This document shows positions 20,527 through 29,568 of a DNA stretch of 34,941 nucleotides, piece after piece. The DNA lies in the IMG/VR virus record IMGVR_UViG_2681813316_000026, one strand, 5' to 3'. The position numbers were made by a program, and so were the translations under genes. Numbering within the stretch: position 1 is the stretch's first letter; every line of letters starts with the position of its first letter. Source of the stretch: a virus. Its lineage: Duplodnaviria > Heunggongvirae > Uroviricota > Caudoviricetes. Under the pieces are notes generated by a model that had not been told where the DNA came from, ran no database searches, and saw only the letters and a program-made list of their open reading frames with translations.

Positions 20527-20796
20527 TCATTTTTTTTGCATGATGTGACCACGCTCAACTTCAATCCTTCTGATGTCAGCTTTATCGGTATTACACTGCG
20601 CCAATGCAGACAACAAGGCGACATTCAGATCTAAGCTCGAGCCCCACGTAAAATGATCAGGTAAATCAGGCTGAGGGGTTTCAGCCGTCAGGCTGGCTGG
20701 TAACGGAACTACCGGAACCTGGACGTAAACTGTTCGCGTACTTCCGCAACCGGTCAGCAGCGGCAGCAGGCACAGGACGTGAAGCACAATCATCAT
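20527..20796 (-). CDS. o-spanin (Rz1-like outer-membrane lipoprotein)
   Basis: Starts in the +1 frame inside the Rz gene (MMIVLHVLCLLPLLTGC, lipobox LTGC) and is proline-rich. Extends past the Rz stop. Confidence 0.55.
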   Translation of the reverse strand: MMIVLHVLCLLPLLTGCGSTRTVYVQVPVVPLPASLTAETPQPDLPDHFTWGSSLDLNVALLSALAQCNTDKADIRRIEVERGHIMQKK

Positions 20797-21073
20797 CCGC
20801 AACAGCCACTTTGATATCTTCCTGGGTTCTCTGTGACTCCAGTGCGATCTGCTGTTTTGCATGTTGATTCGCCTCCTGAATGATGTTCGTTATTGCCATA
20901 GTACGCAGAACATTCGCGGTGATAGCCTCAGTAGAATCAGCTCGCTGTTCCGCAGCATCAGCACGCTTCTGCTCCTCCAGAAACTTTCCATGATAGTGAT
21001 TCGCTGACCAGACAAGACCACCAGCGACACAAGCAATAAACGTTAAAATGAGCGCCCAATAACTCATCTTCAT
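20681..21073 (-). CDS. i-spanin (Rz-like)
   Basis: N-terminal transmembrane helix followed by a charged coiled-coil body. Follows the endolysin with a 4-bp overlap. Confidence 0.65.
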   Translation of the reverse strand: MKMSYWALILTFIACVAGGLVWSANHYHGKFLEEQKRADAAEQRADSTEAITANVLRTMAITNIIQEANQHAKQQIALESQRTQEDIKVAVADDDCASRPVPAAAADRLRKYANSLRPGSGSSVTSQPDG

Positions 21074-21684
21074 ACCAGCAGCGCCGCCCGCGCCTTGTTG
21101 TATCGGACCTTACGATCCTCAATACCGTTCAAACCGCCGTTAATGATGCGCGTAACACGGTTAATATCGGCACCGTAGATCATGCAACCTTTAGAGGTGT
21201 AGAACCATGCAGCTGAGCGCGCAGCCTGTAGTTCCTGTTCCAGTTGTTCAGGTGAAGTCACCAGATCTAACTTCAGCGCCGCGCCACAGATGCGATAATT
21301 ATGGAGGCCAGTGATTTGAATTAATCCTCTACCACGATATTTCCAGCCATCACCTGGTGCTTTGTTACCCAGTCGGTTGCTATACACCAGATTGGCAATA
21401 GCATCCTGACGAGCTGCATGTCCGGATGTTCTGCCAAGGGCATCAGCCTGCTGCTGTGTGATCCTCTTTCCGAACGTCGCCACAAGCGCAGATGGTGTGT
21501 AGTTAAGATTTTCAACTACGGCGCTAAACCCCATCGACTCATGGCCTACCTGAGCGATAAACATTGCCTGATCCGCTGGTGCTGTAATGCCGAATTCCTT
21601 CATCGCCGCATCAATGTGCGGAAACCAGCGCGCAGCCAGCCCGGCGCTAATACCAGCCGCCTTTTGAAATAATTGTTGGTTCAT
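21070..21684 (-). CDS. Endolysin, glycoside hydrolase family 19 (chitinase-like lysozyme)
   Basis: FIAQVGHESMGF and GRGLIQITGLHNY motifs. Confidence 0.8.
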   Translation of the reverse strand: MNQQLFQKAAGISAGLAARWFPHIDAAMKEFGITAPADQAMFIAQVGHESMGFSAVVENLNYTPSALVATFGKRITQQQADALGRTSGHAARQDAIANLVYSNRLGNKAPGDGWKYRGRGLIQITGLHNYRICGAALKLDLVTSPEQLEQELQAARSAAWFYTSKGCMIYGADINRVTRIINGGLNGIEDRKVRYNKARAALLV

Positions 21685-21965
21685 TAGTGCCTCAGATGAT
21701 CAACCAGACGTGCAACGTTGCCTCTGACAGCCACCAGCACGGAAAGAAAAATAGTGTTCGCCACGATAATGGGCCATGAGGAATGGGGATAAATCCCACA
21801 GAGATAGGCCAACGGAACAGCACTGTATGTAACAGTAATCAGCCAGGCTAAACGTGAAACCCAAGGACGATGCCGCGAATCACCACGACGATAAAACATC
21901 AGAGTAATAACAACACAAGCACATAACAGCGCATTTATAGTTGCTGTCGGGTCATTTAGCTCCAC
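21684..21965 (-). CDS. Holin-like small membrane protein (second holin or antiholin candidate)
   Basis: 93-aa ORF with about three hydrophobic helices, between holin and endolysin, overlapping the holin 3' end. Confidence 0.45.
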   Translation of the reverse strand: MELNDPTATINALLCACVVITLMFYRRGDSRHRPWVSRLAWLITVTYSAVPLAYLCGIYPHSSWPIIVANTIFLSVLVAVRGNVARLVDHLRH

Positions 21966-22338
21966 CTGAACCTCCCCGGCGCGTTATGAGCGCCACCAGC
22001 GAGCCGATATCCTGATTATTCAGGAACGTCAGGATTTTAACGGCTAAAGCAGAGACGATTACGGCACCAATAGCATCCAGAGGTTTATCACTGTATCCGG
22101 TCAAGTTCGCCAGCTTGGAGCCAACCAACCCAGAGCAAAGAATCCCGGCAATATATGACACGATAAAATATGCCAGTCGGCGCGATGCACTCAGATCTGC
22201 AGCTGTTGCTATGTAGAATACAGCCCCTGCAAATGCGCCAAATACAACGCCGTAATCAGTTCCGGTCAGCAGTCCATAAACACTGGCACCCGTCAGGGCA
22301 CCACCAGCCAGCCCAGTACCGGAAATCGGATCGGACAT
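21952..22338 (-). CDS. Putative holin
   Basis: 128-aa Gly/Ala-rich multi-helix membrane protein, first gene of the lysis cassette. ATG at 22338 with a GAGGGGG ribosome-binding site. Confidence 0.55.
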   Translation of the reverse strand: MSDPISGTGLAGGALTGASVYGLLTGTDYGVVFGAFAGAVFYIATAADLSASRRLAYFIVSYIAGILCSGLVGSKLANLTGYSDKPLDAIGAVIVSALAVKILTFLNNQDIGSLVALITRRGGSGGAK

Positions 22339-22382
22339 TTAGCCCCCTCTTAATTGCTGTTGGTCCTCTCAGAACGAGGGGA

Positions 22383-22410
22383 AACAAAAAAGGCCGCATT
22401 AAGGCGGCCT
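22383..22410 (-). terminator. Rho-independent terminator after the Q-S moron
   Basis: Minus-strand hairpin AGGCCGCC-TTAAT-GCGGCCT followed by TTTTTTG, 19 nt downstream of the 22429 stop. Confidence 0.6.
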
Positions 22411-22428
22411 TGGTAAGGTATAGTTTTT

Positions 22429-23025
22429 TTAAGATAAACTTTGATTGATATACTCATGACACCCAAAAATAAAGGCGTTTTGTGCATCAATAAATGACTT
22501 TTTTTCTTCCGGAGTAAAATACCCTTTTGTAAAACATACTTTTAGCGCTTTTTGAAGATCTGCCGTCAGGGTTATCAACTTACAACCTTCCTCATCAGGC
22601 CTTATTAATAGAAGTAATTTATTTTTACTTATTTCAGCGGCCTTTATTGGAACTTGAATCTCCTCAGGGAAAACACCCTTAGCCAATATATCCATATTCT
22701 TATTTCCGACCAGATGCCATTGCTCAAATGTGCTGGCCAACATAATTACGTCTGTCACATGCTCAGCGCCAGCAAAACGTATTTGTTGCGCCAATTCTTT
22801 ATTAGTATTCAAGTGAGCCTGTAATGTGGCTAAGGCAAAATTTTCTTTGATTGCCCTGTATGCAACCCAACCAGTTATTCCTGCGGCAATAACGCCTGCA
22901 AGAGCAGTAATGAGTGTTTCAAAAGGAAAGGAAGAACTGATTTCAATTGGCGGTAATTTTTCTATTACCAAGGTCAACTCGCCAGTAGTTTTTTCGAAAG
23001 CGTACGGTACGTTTTGCCAAGTCAT
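22429..23025 (-). CDS. Moron: single-pass membrane protein of unknown function between the Q-like gene and the holin
   Basis: 198-aa ORF with ATG at 23025 and an AGGAGG ribosome-binding site. One predicted TM helix (LITALAGVIAAGITGWVAYRAI). AT-rich, flanked by terminators on both sides. Confidence 0.6.
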   Translation of the reverse strand: MTWQNVPYAFEKTTGELTLVIEKLPPIEISSSFPFETLITALAGVIAAGITGWVAYRAIKENFALATLQAHLNTNKELAQQIRFAGAEHVTDVIMLASTFEQWHLVGNKNMDILAKGVFPEEIQVPIKAAEISKNKLLLLIRPDEEGCKLITLTADLQKALKVCFTKGYFTPEEKKSFIDAQNAFIFGCHEYINQSLS

Positions 23026-23054
23026 GAAGCCTCCTGAGTTTCAGAGGAATCATA

Positions 23055-23082
23055 ACAAAAAAACCCGCTCAATGGCGGGCTC
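23055..23082 (-). terminator. tR'-like rho-independent terminator downstream of the Q-like gene
   Basis: Minus-strand hairpin CCCGC-CATTGA-GCGGG followed by TTTTTTT, about 50 nt after the Q-like stop and just upstream of the moron RBS. Confidence 0.55.
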
Positions 23083-23131
23083 TTAATGTTGTGTTGCTCA
23101 GTTCGCTTTAACGTCCCGAGCCTACCACAAT

Positions 23132-23710
23132 TTAAGCACTTTCTTGCTCACTCTGCAACTTAAATCTGTCGCTATTTGTGCCGAATGCGTCACAAACTGG
23201 AGCGTACAGGATCGATTCTGCAAGACTTAGCCAAGTGTCAATGCGTCGACGACAGGTGATCAGCGGCCAGTCAGGATGTTTAGCCTGCAGTTCATTGGCC
23301 ATCTGCAACTTGCTCTTACGAAGACGATACCGGTCAACAATCACGCTATAGAGCGATCGGTAGTCATCATTCATCAGTACTGAAGCAATGACACCGTCCA
23401 CTAACAACCCTTCTTCATCTGAACAGAACGCCAGGCCGCTTTTATTTTTGCTGTTGAGAATTTCACGCAGGTACGCTTCAAGTTCAGGCTTGGTGATACC
23501 CGCTATCTTCATCCGGCGTAGCGCTTCATTGATAGCTGTCTTGGTGATTTTCCCGGATGCCAGAAGCTGGTTAAACATGTTTCCACCACTACCACCGCCG
23601 ATATAAGACCAGCGGCCCCACATGCGCAACTTGCCTTGTATCCAGATACTTTCCAGAGTACGAAGGCGAACCATTTCACCTGATTTGCCAACTTCAGAAG
23701 GATTAATCAT
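23132..23710 (-). CDS. Putative late-gene antiterminator (Q-like)
   Basis: 192-aa ORF, last gene of the nin-like block and immediately upstream of a terminator and the lysis genes. Assigned mainly by position. Confidence 0.45.
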   Translation of the reverse strand: MINPSEVGKSGEMVRLRTLESIWIQGKLRMWGRWSYIGGGSGGNMFNQLLASGKITKTAINEALRRMKIAGITKPELEAYLREILNSKNKSGLAFCSDEEGLLVDGVIASVLMNDDYRSLYSVIVDRYRLRKSKLQMANELQAKHPDWPLITCRRRIDTWLSLAESILYAPVCDAFGTNSDRFKLQSEQESA

Positions 23711-23724
23711 TTAGCATTCTCCAC

Positions 23725-24720
23725 TTACGCCAGTACGCCTATTGCCAGCGCACGATCGATAAAACGAAATATCAGCTCCAGCTGGGAGCCATACTTCTCT
23801 TCAAATGCCACGGTATCCGCATGCAGCTCGTCGTGATGCTTTCTGCACAAAGGCAACACAAAGAGGTCATGCGCTTTTGTTCCCATTCCACCCTGACCGT
23901 GACCTATCAGGTGGTGGGGATCATCAGCAGGCTTTCCACAACATGCACACGGCTGTGTCTTAACCCAGCGCGTGTACTTTTCATTAACCCAGCGGCGACG
24001 TTTTGGGCGTAACATAAAAGACTCCGGCGACTCCGGATCCACTTTCAGCGCCAGCACCTTTTTCGCCTTATCATGGATGATGCTGGTGGCAGGAATCGAA
24101 GGCACAAGGTCACTTTCCCGGGTGACAGACGGCACAACAGGCTTCGGTAATCTCAGTGCCTTACGGGCTGCACTTTCCGGTAAGGCATCCGCCAGGTCAT
24201 TACGAATCAGCCACCAGCACAGTTCCGGCATTGTCACAACGTGACTGTCATCAAAACCGAGATCCCGACGCACAACAGACAACACCCAGCGGGCACAGTT
24301 ATCCGTTGCCATTGATTCCAGCCGTTCCGTGAACTGATCGCGCAGCTGGTTATCGCAGTGCCAGCACAGACGGATCGCGCCCGGCGCGTGTCGTATTGTG
24401 GTCATGTTCTCGCTGTGCCAGTCGGAATGAGGCCACTGACAGCCCTTTTCACGAAGTAACCAGCTTTCAAGACATTCCACGCCACCAGCACGACGGATCA
24501 CTGCCTCATTGCAGAACACGGCCCGAACGGCAGGATCATCCGCCAGCGGTTGTGATGCCGCGGGAACGGCACCACTGGCGAAAGATGAATAACGTTCCGG
24601 CTCAGGCTCCAGCAGGACACGCCCCTGCATAAACAGGGGCATCAGCTCTGAACTGGGTCTGAACAATACGATCCCCATACGCGGGGCTATTTCAGGGGTC
24701 AGTAGTGCTCTCACGGTCAC
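23725..24720 (-). CDS. DUF968-family protein (YdfU-like)
   Basis: C-terminal cysteine/histidine-rich segment QPCACCGKPADDPHHLIGHG...CRKHHDELH, typical of lambdoid nin regions. Confidence 0.55.
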   Translation of the reverse strand: MTVRALLTPEIAPRMGIVLFRPSSELMPLFMQGRVLLEPEPERYSSFASGAVPAASQPLADDPAVRAVFCNEAVIRRAGGVECLESWLLREKGCQWPHSDWHSENMTTIRHAPGAIRLCWHCDNQLRDQFTERLESMATDNCARWVLSVVRRDLGFDDSHVVTMPELCWWLIRNDLADALPESAARKALRLPKPVVPSVTRESDLVPSIPATSIIHDKAKKVLALKVDPESPESFMLRPKRRRWVNEKYTRWVKTQPCACCGKPADDPHHLIGHGQGGMGTKAHDLFVLPLCRKHHDELHADTVAFEEKYGSQLELIFRFIDRALAIGVLA

Positions 24721-24721
24721 C

Positions 24722-25519
24722 TCAATGAACGGTATCGAGCAGCTTTAACAGCTCAGGGAATCGGGATTCGAAGAAATGCGGCTGCGTCTCGCGCGGATTT
24801 GCGGGACTGGTGATATTCTTGCCGAACATGCAGCCTTTCGCTGTCAGCGACCAGAATTTTTTGATGTTGTTAATCGCGGTACGGCTGTATCGTTCGCGCT
24901 GCTCGACGATCCCCAGCTTCACCATCTGGTGATATGCCTGATTAGCTGTCAGGCGGATACCATACTGCTTCAGCAGTGCACTCAGTGACAGCGTGGGGCG
25001 GCTTGAGCCATCAGGCGCGTCAGCAGGAGCATCAATGGCATAGCGCGGTGCCAGATTCGGTAAGCCAACAGCCTCCTGGAGTTTCTGACAGGCCCCAAGC
25101 ACAGATGAGTTAGACAGATTTAACTCCCGACGCATAAAGTCCAGCAGAATCACACCAGCCTGCATCTTGTCAGCAGCCTGCCCGGATAATTTTTCCGGTA
25201 TGCTGGTTACCATGTCAAAAGTACGGATCACCTTCAGATGGAATGACGGGCTAATCCACATTGCATAGGCATACACCAGTTCCTTGCAGACATACGTTCC
25301 CTGGTTATTTCCACCACGAATGACATTAACTGGCGCTATATTGACCGAGTTGCAAATCTGCAACTCGCTTATTAAGCGTTCAGTTTGCTCATTGCGGAGC
25401 CAGAATGCGGGCTTATGCTTATCCAGAGAACCAGCAGCCCTGTGCAGATCGTTCAGGCTGTAACGACCATAAGCATCACGACGAACTTCAATACCATCAA
25501 TGACCATCAGATTATTCAT
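24722..25519 (-). CDS. KilA-N domain protein (antirepressor-like)
   Basis: Probable start is the ATG at 25519 (MNNLMVIDGIEVR) with an AGGAG ribosome-binding site. N-terminal region resembles the KilA-N domain. Confidence 0.65.
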   Translation of the reverse strand: MNNLMVIDGIEVRRDAYGRYSLNDLHRAAGSLDKHKPAFWLRNEQTERLISELQICNSVNIAPVNVIRGGNNQGTYVCKELVYAYAMWISPSFHLKVIRTFDMVTSIPEKLSGQAADKMQAGVILLDFMRRELNLSNSSVLGACQKLQEAVGLPNLAPRYAIDAPADAPDGSSRPTLSLSALLKQYGIRLTANQAYHQMVKLGIVEQRERYSRTAINNIKKFWSLTAKGCMFGKNITSPANPRETQPHFFESRFPELLKLLDTVH

Positions 25520-25538
25520 ACTTCGTTTCTCCTCTTGA

Positions 25539-25928
25539 TCAGGCGGCTGCACCCGCCGTTTTCTCGTACTTACTGATAGTGATCTCGACCTTCCCTTCCG
25601 GGATAACCGGTCCCCACTCCACCAGCATTCTTTTCACCTGACTGTCGTCCTCCCACACACCCGCGTGGGTCAGGGCGTCAAACAGCGCCTTGTTATAGTT
25701 GTCCAGATCGCGGATCCGGTTATCCGGAGGAAACAACACGATCTCCACTGAAGCAGGTGCCGACGTTGGTTTCGGCAGACGACGTAACTGCTCAACTATT
25801 GCTGCGCACGCCGCGCTCTGGAATTTTCGCCCCGCCGCGCTTATCAGGCTCTTACCAGCAAACGCCCCTTTGTTGGGGTGTCGCCAGTACGTGTTCACGC
25901 TGGGCGGAAAAGGCAGGATCAGCTTCAT
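25539..25928 (-). CDS. rusA: Holliday-junction resolvase RusA
   Basis: 129-aa ORF starting MKLILPFPPSVNTYWRH with acidic residues at RusA-typical positions. Confidence 0.8.
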   Translation of the reverse strand: MKLILPFPPSVNTYWRHPNKGAFAGKSLISAAGRKFQSAACAAIVEQLRRLPKPTSAPASVEIVLFPPDNRIRDLDNYNKALFDALTHAGVWEDDSQVKRMLVEWGPVIPEGKVEITISKYEKTAGAAA

Positions 25929-26251
25929 ACTTTCAGGTCCCTCTCATGTAACCAGTGGGTTGCACGCAGCCTTGCGTTTTCCTCACCGGCAAGCAGTGCG
26001 CGGATAATCCCGACCGCCTCGCTGTCGTCGTCCTTCACCGCGGTATGAAGCGTTATCCCCCGGGCCACGCCACGCTTTATCGTGATGACGCCTTTTTTCT
26101 CCAGTGCGCGAAGATGCTCCACCGCTGCATTCACCGAACGGTATCCCAGCATGGTTGCCACCTCCTGATTGGTTGGCGGGAAGCCACGTTCTTTCTGATA
26201 AGAAATCAGCATATCCAGCACCTGCTGCTGGCATTGAGTTAACGTCGTCAT
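25925..26251 (-). CDS. LexA-like winged-helix DNA-binding protein lacking the S24 peptidase domain
   Basis: 108 aa. Residues about 5-70 resemble the LexA N-terminal DNA-binding domain. No catalytic domain follows. Confidence 0.55.
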   Translation of the reverse strand: MTTLTQCQQQVLDMLISYQKERGFPPTNQEVATMLGYRSVNAAVEHLRALEKKGVITIKRGVARGITLHTAVKDDDSEAVGIIRALLAGEENARLRATHWLHERDLKV

Positions 26252-26901
26252 GCCGCCATCTCCCTGACCAGTTTTTCCGCCTGCTGGCGAACCTGCGCCA
26301 GAAACGCCTCACCACATGCCTCAAGTTCATCGCGCCCGATGTAGCTGATTGCCGGTCCCTTCCAGGTCTTGTCAAAAACAGCAATAGCACCAGCGAAAAA
26401 AGCTCCTGTCGGTACCTGCTTCTCGTCTTTCGGGATAAACCAGACAGGCAGTTCAAAACCAATACGCCCGCGAATAAAAGCAATATGATCTGCATCTTCC
26501 GGCCACCACACTTCGCTGGTGGCAGCTTTGATCAGGAAAACATAGCGCCCGCCCTTATCACGCATGGCACTGGCATGTTTCATGATGTAACGCATGCCGG
26601 TGATGTATTGCCCCTCATGCTGACTGGCGCGGCTGTATGGGGGATTACCAAAGGCAGCACCTTTAAGCTCCGCAAGACGTTCTGACCAGTCATGCGCCAG
26701 CGCGTTGTCTTCCGCCGTGTAATACGCGGCACATTTGGCGTTATCACCGTCAGTGAACAGATCCAGAACAAACGGACCAAACAAGGTGTTAATTCCCCAG
26801 AAAATGTTGTCCGGCGTGCGCCACTGATCGCCCACTTCCTTCAGTTCATGGGCTGGTTTGTTCCGCAGTTCCACCAGCGCCTGGCAATATTTATTACTCA
26901 T
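26248..26901 (-). CDS. Phage N6-adenine DNA methyltransferase (Dam-like)
   Basis: NPPYS catalytic motif. Probable start ATG at 26901 overlaps the upstream stop (TAATG). Confidence 0.75.
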   Translation of the reverse strand: MSNKYCQALVELRNKPAHELKEVGDQWRTPDNIFWGINTLFGPFVLDLFTDGDNAKCAAYYTAEDNALAHDWSERLAELKGAAFGNPPYSRASQHEGQYITGMRYIMKHASAMRDKGGRYVFLIKAATSEVWWPEDADHIAFIRGRIGFELPVWFIPKDEKQVPTGAFFAGAIAVFDKTWKGPAISYIGRDELEACGEAFLAQVRQQAEKLVREMAA

Positions 26902-27389
26902 TAAGCCCCCACGTAATTCCCTGACAGATACCACTCTTCACCCGATGCAGCGCGCTTGCTGCTTTTCCGTAAGCACCGCTCACGACGCGCCAGAAAATTG
27001 TTTCGTTCTGGCTGGGAGTGGCTTTCACGGAATGCCGCCATCCACACGGTTGCAGCACGACGGTATAAGCCCCTGGACTCCAGTTCTTCCGCCTGGCGGG
27101 TCAGGCACAAAATCACACGGGGATCGTTAGTGCCGACATAGAAATTGCGCACAGGTCTGGTTTCACGAACTGGTTGTGGTTCCGGTTCCTGCGCTCTCTC
27201 AGTCAGGCGCGGGAAATGTCTGCGTGTATCTCCTTCACAACGGTGAGCCACACGCCCACTCTGACGTAACTTGCTTGCTGACTGCAGAACGCGCTGCCGT
27301 GAGTAACCGGCAAAAGCATCCGCAATATCTCCGGAAGTACAGCCCGGATGGGCTTCAATGAATTTCTGAACGTCATTCAAAAGACTCAT
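26901..27389 (-). CDS. Hypothetical protein in the replication module
   Basis: Probable start ATG at 27389 (MSLLNDVQKFIEAHPG). Overlaps the 3' end of the initiator gene. Confidence 0.4.
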   Translation of the reverse strand: MSLLNDVQKFIEAHPGCTSGDIADAFAGYSRQRVLQSASKLRQSGRVAHRCEGDTRRHFPRLTERAQEPEPQPVRETRPVRNFYVGTNDPRVILCLTRQAEELESRGLYRRAATVWMAAFRESHSQPERNNFLARRERCLRKSSKRAASGEEWYLSGNYVGA

Positions 27390-28332
27390 GCTCACCCCTG
27401 AATCCTGCCGGGATCTGGCTGTAGTCCACGTTGTCGTAACTGGCTTTGAAGTACGGGTCTTCGCGTTTTTCGGTGTACGTGCTGACGGACGGCGATAAGC
27501 GCAGGGAAAGCTCATCCCATTTTTCCCGCAGCTTCGACGGGCTGAGCACGTTACGGCACCAGAACGGATCGCGACTGACGCGGCTGTACATCTCGCAGAT
27601 TTGTTTATGAGTACGACCATCCTGCACACACATCAGGCGAATTTCGTTTGCCCAGGCTGTCCAGTTCGGTTCTTTGGGACGAACCACCTCGCCGTCACAT
27701 TCGGCGGCCTGCTCGTACAGGGCGATGATTTTTTTCCAGAGCCACTGTGCGCAGGTCAAATCATCCTGCGTTCCCCACTGGCGCTTTTTAGGGCTGAATA
27801 CAACCGCATCAGGATGGCGAGTTAAAAACTCCTGTTCAGCCGTCTGCGTGTCCGGTTGCGAAGCGTCCGGACGAGAAGTTTTTTTATCTGACGGATCATG
27901 TTTTGATTTTACTGACGGATCCCCGCCAGATTCTGACGGGTGAAAACCCGCTTTTTTGCCAGATTTCGACGCATCAAATTTTGACGGGTCAGATTTTGAT
28001 GCGTCAGATTTTGACGGGTCAGAATCTGACAGTTGAGAAAATGCCGCTGCCTGAAGCTTCGCAACGTTAAGCTGATAAACATTCGACGCATTGCGGTTAC
28101 CCTGGCGACGCGCCTTACGCGTTAACCAGCCTTCTGCTTCCAGCCGTGCGATAGCCGTTCTGACGGTACTCATTCCCGCGCCAATCTGGCGGGCAATGGT
28201 TTCAATTGATGGCCAGCACACACCTTCGTCATTACTGAAATCAGCCAGGCGGGCCATAATTGCCACGCTGGATAATTTCATGCCTGATGCAGCGCAACCA
28301 TCCCATACATAGCCGGTTAATTTAGTGCTCAT
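27373..28332 (-). CDS. Replication initiation protein (lambda O-like) carrying the origin iterons
   Basis: N-terminal winged-helix-like region, a central low-complexity SDxSKSD repeat encoded by DNA iterons, and a Trp-rich C-terminal domain. Confidence 0.6.
   Translation of the reverse strand: MSTKLTGYVWDGCAASGMKLSSVAIMARLADFSNDEGVCWPSIETIARQIGAGMSTVRTAIARLEAEGWLTRKARRQGNRNASNVYQLNVAKLQAAAFSQLSDSDPSKSDASKSDPSKFDASKSGKKAGFHPSESGGDPSVKSKHDPSDKKTSRPDASQPDTQTAEQEFLTRHPDAVVFSPKKRQWGTQDDLTCAQWLWKKIIALYEQAAECDGEVVRPKEPNWTAWANEIRLMCVQDGRTHKQICEMYSRVSRDPFWCRNVLSPSKLREKWDELSLRLSPSVSTYTEKREDPYFKASYDNVDYSQIPAGFRGEHESFE
27880..28040. repeat. Iteron array: putative origin of replication inside the initiator gene
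   Basis: At least five direct repeats of a TGACGG(G/A)T-containing unit interleaved with the palindrome TGACGCATCA. Confidence 0.5.
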
Positions 28333-28341
28333 GACCGACCT

Positions 28342-28680
28342 CTATTTCCCTGAATTTACGACGAAACTGTTCGAGCGGGCTGAAGCACTCATGCTCATAG
28401 CCTTCGCGGAGGTAGATAACACGTTGTGTTTCCGGCTCCCAACGAATGACTCTGACGGGCACTCCGTAGTGATCTTTGAACCAGCGGTTAACTTGTCGCA
28501 AAGGACTGTCTCCTTCTGCCGGTTGAAATCACCCACAGCCCACTCTGCAAAGCTGTGGGTTACAATTTCCCTGTCACCTGGTACATTCACTGCATAGCAA
28601 TATTCCACCTTCGCTTTTCCACCCGGTACAGGAAGCGCAATCAGTTGCGAGCGACGGTAGTGTGTTGTTAAACTGTTCAT
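28342..28680 (-). CDS. Hypothetical early protein
   Basis: 112-aa ORF with ATG at 28680, coupled to the upstream gene. No family recognised. Confidence 0.4.
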   Translation of the reverse strand: MNSLTTHYRRSQLIALPVPGGKAKVEYCYAVNVPGDREIVTHSFAEWAVGDFNRQKETVLCDKLTAGSKITTECPSESFVGSRKHNVLSTSAKAMSMSASARSNSFVVNSGK

Positions 28681-29246
28681 GCGTTAGTTTCTCCACAACC
28701 AGAAGCAATCGACGCCACGACGCCCGGAGCTGCACACTCGCGGGCGTCATTACTTTCTGAAATGCAAAAAATTTTGTAGACAAGTGCTGCATGCTCCTGC
28801 AGCTTCGAAATTGAGAGATACAGCTCGTCGTTAATTGCTGTCTTCTCATGCGGTTCCACTACACCGTCTTCGATTGCTGAACGAATCTGTTTTGAATAAC
28901 TGCCGATCTGTTCAATGACTTCCAGCAGACGCTGGTTAATATCGGCGTTGTCCACATCCTCGACGTCAGGAAGAGACACAAAGACGCCATTTGCAGACTG
29001 CGCCACAGCATCAGCAATGAAGTGAGTGCCACCAGCACGCTGTAAAACCATTGCCCATCCCAGCGGGAAAATCTGATCGCCATCTGCACGAAGGCGGTTG
29101 AATAAAGCGTTTTCTGTTACATCGAGCCAGTCAGCCGCTTCAGCGTAACCACCCGGCAACGCCGCGATAGTTTTTCTGACAGCTTTCACGTACCACTCAG
29201 GCTGTTTTTCTATTTTCCAGTGATGCTTACCCACGATTAGCCTCAT
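28677..29246 (-). CDS. Putative regulatory protein immediately downstream of cro (CII/YdaT-like position)
   Basis: 189-aa ORF, second gene of the rightward early operon. Assigned by position only. Confidence 0.35.
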   Translation of the reverse strand: MRLIVGKHHWKIEKQPEWYVKAVRKTIAALPGGYAEAADWLDVTENALFNRLRADGDQIFPLGWAMVLQRAGGTHFIADAVAQSANGVFVSLPDVEDVDNADINQRLLEVIEQIGSYSKQIRSAIEDGVVEPHEKTAINDELYLSISKLQEHAALVYKIFCISESNDARECAAPGVVASIASGCGETNA

Positions 29247-29277
29247 CGTTCTGTGGTTAAAAATTGAAAGTGTTCTG

Positions 29278-29478
29278 CTAATCTTTCGGATAGATATCCG
29301 GTCTTAAGTCAGATTTCGTAATTGCACCTGACGTGCATTGCTCAAGTTTTTTAGCCAGCACAAAACTGGCTTTTTTATAGCCATTGAAAACCAGCCGTAA
29401 GTAGCCAGGTGTTGAGCCAACTTTTCCGGCCAACTCGCCCTGCTGTTCTTTGGTTAAAGAGTCCCAATACGCTTTCAT
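29278..29478 (-). CDS. Cro-like repressor
   Basis: 66-aa ORF with ATG at 29478, divergent from cI across the operator region, with a helix-turn-helix-like segment. Confidence 0.65.
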   Translation of the reverse strand: MKAYWDSLTKEQQGELAGKVGSTPGYLRLVFNGYKKASFVLAKKLEQCTSGAITKSDLRPDIYPKD

Positions 29479-29481
29479 ACA

Positions 29482-29553
29482 ATATGTACCTCCGGTGTAC
29501 ATATTACATGATTGAAATGAACCTTCACGATACTTGTACCTTAACGGTACAAG
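29482..29553. promoter_or_regulatory. Right operator region between cro and cI
   Basis: Two perfect palindromes sharing the TGTACC half-site: ATATGTAC-N7-GTACATAT (29482-29504) and CTTGTACC-N5-GGTACAAG (29533-29553). Confidence 0.55.
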
Positions 29554-29568
29554 GGTTTTAATTTCGTT

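Noticed and set aside
25983-26685. Overlapping ORFs (170 aa minus strand out of frame, 193 aa plus strand) across the LexA-like and methyltransferase genes
   Set aside because: Out-of-frame or antisense to genes with recognisable motifs, and low-complexity Arg-rich translations.
27880-28040. Direct repeats that could superficially suggest a CRISPR array
   Set aside because: Repeats are short, degenerate, lie inside a coding sequence, and have no unique spacers of regular length. They behave as replication-origin iterons. No CRISPR array or cas gene is present in the window.
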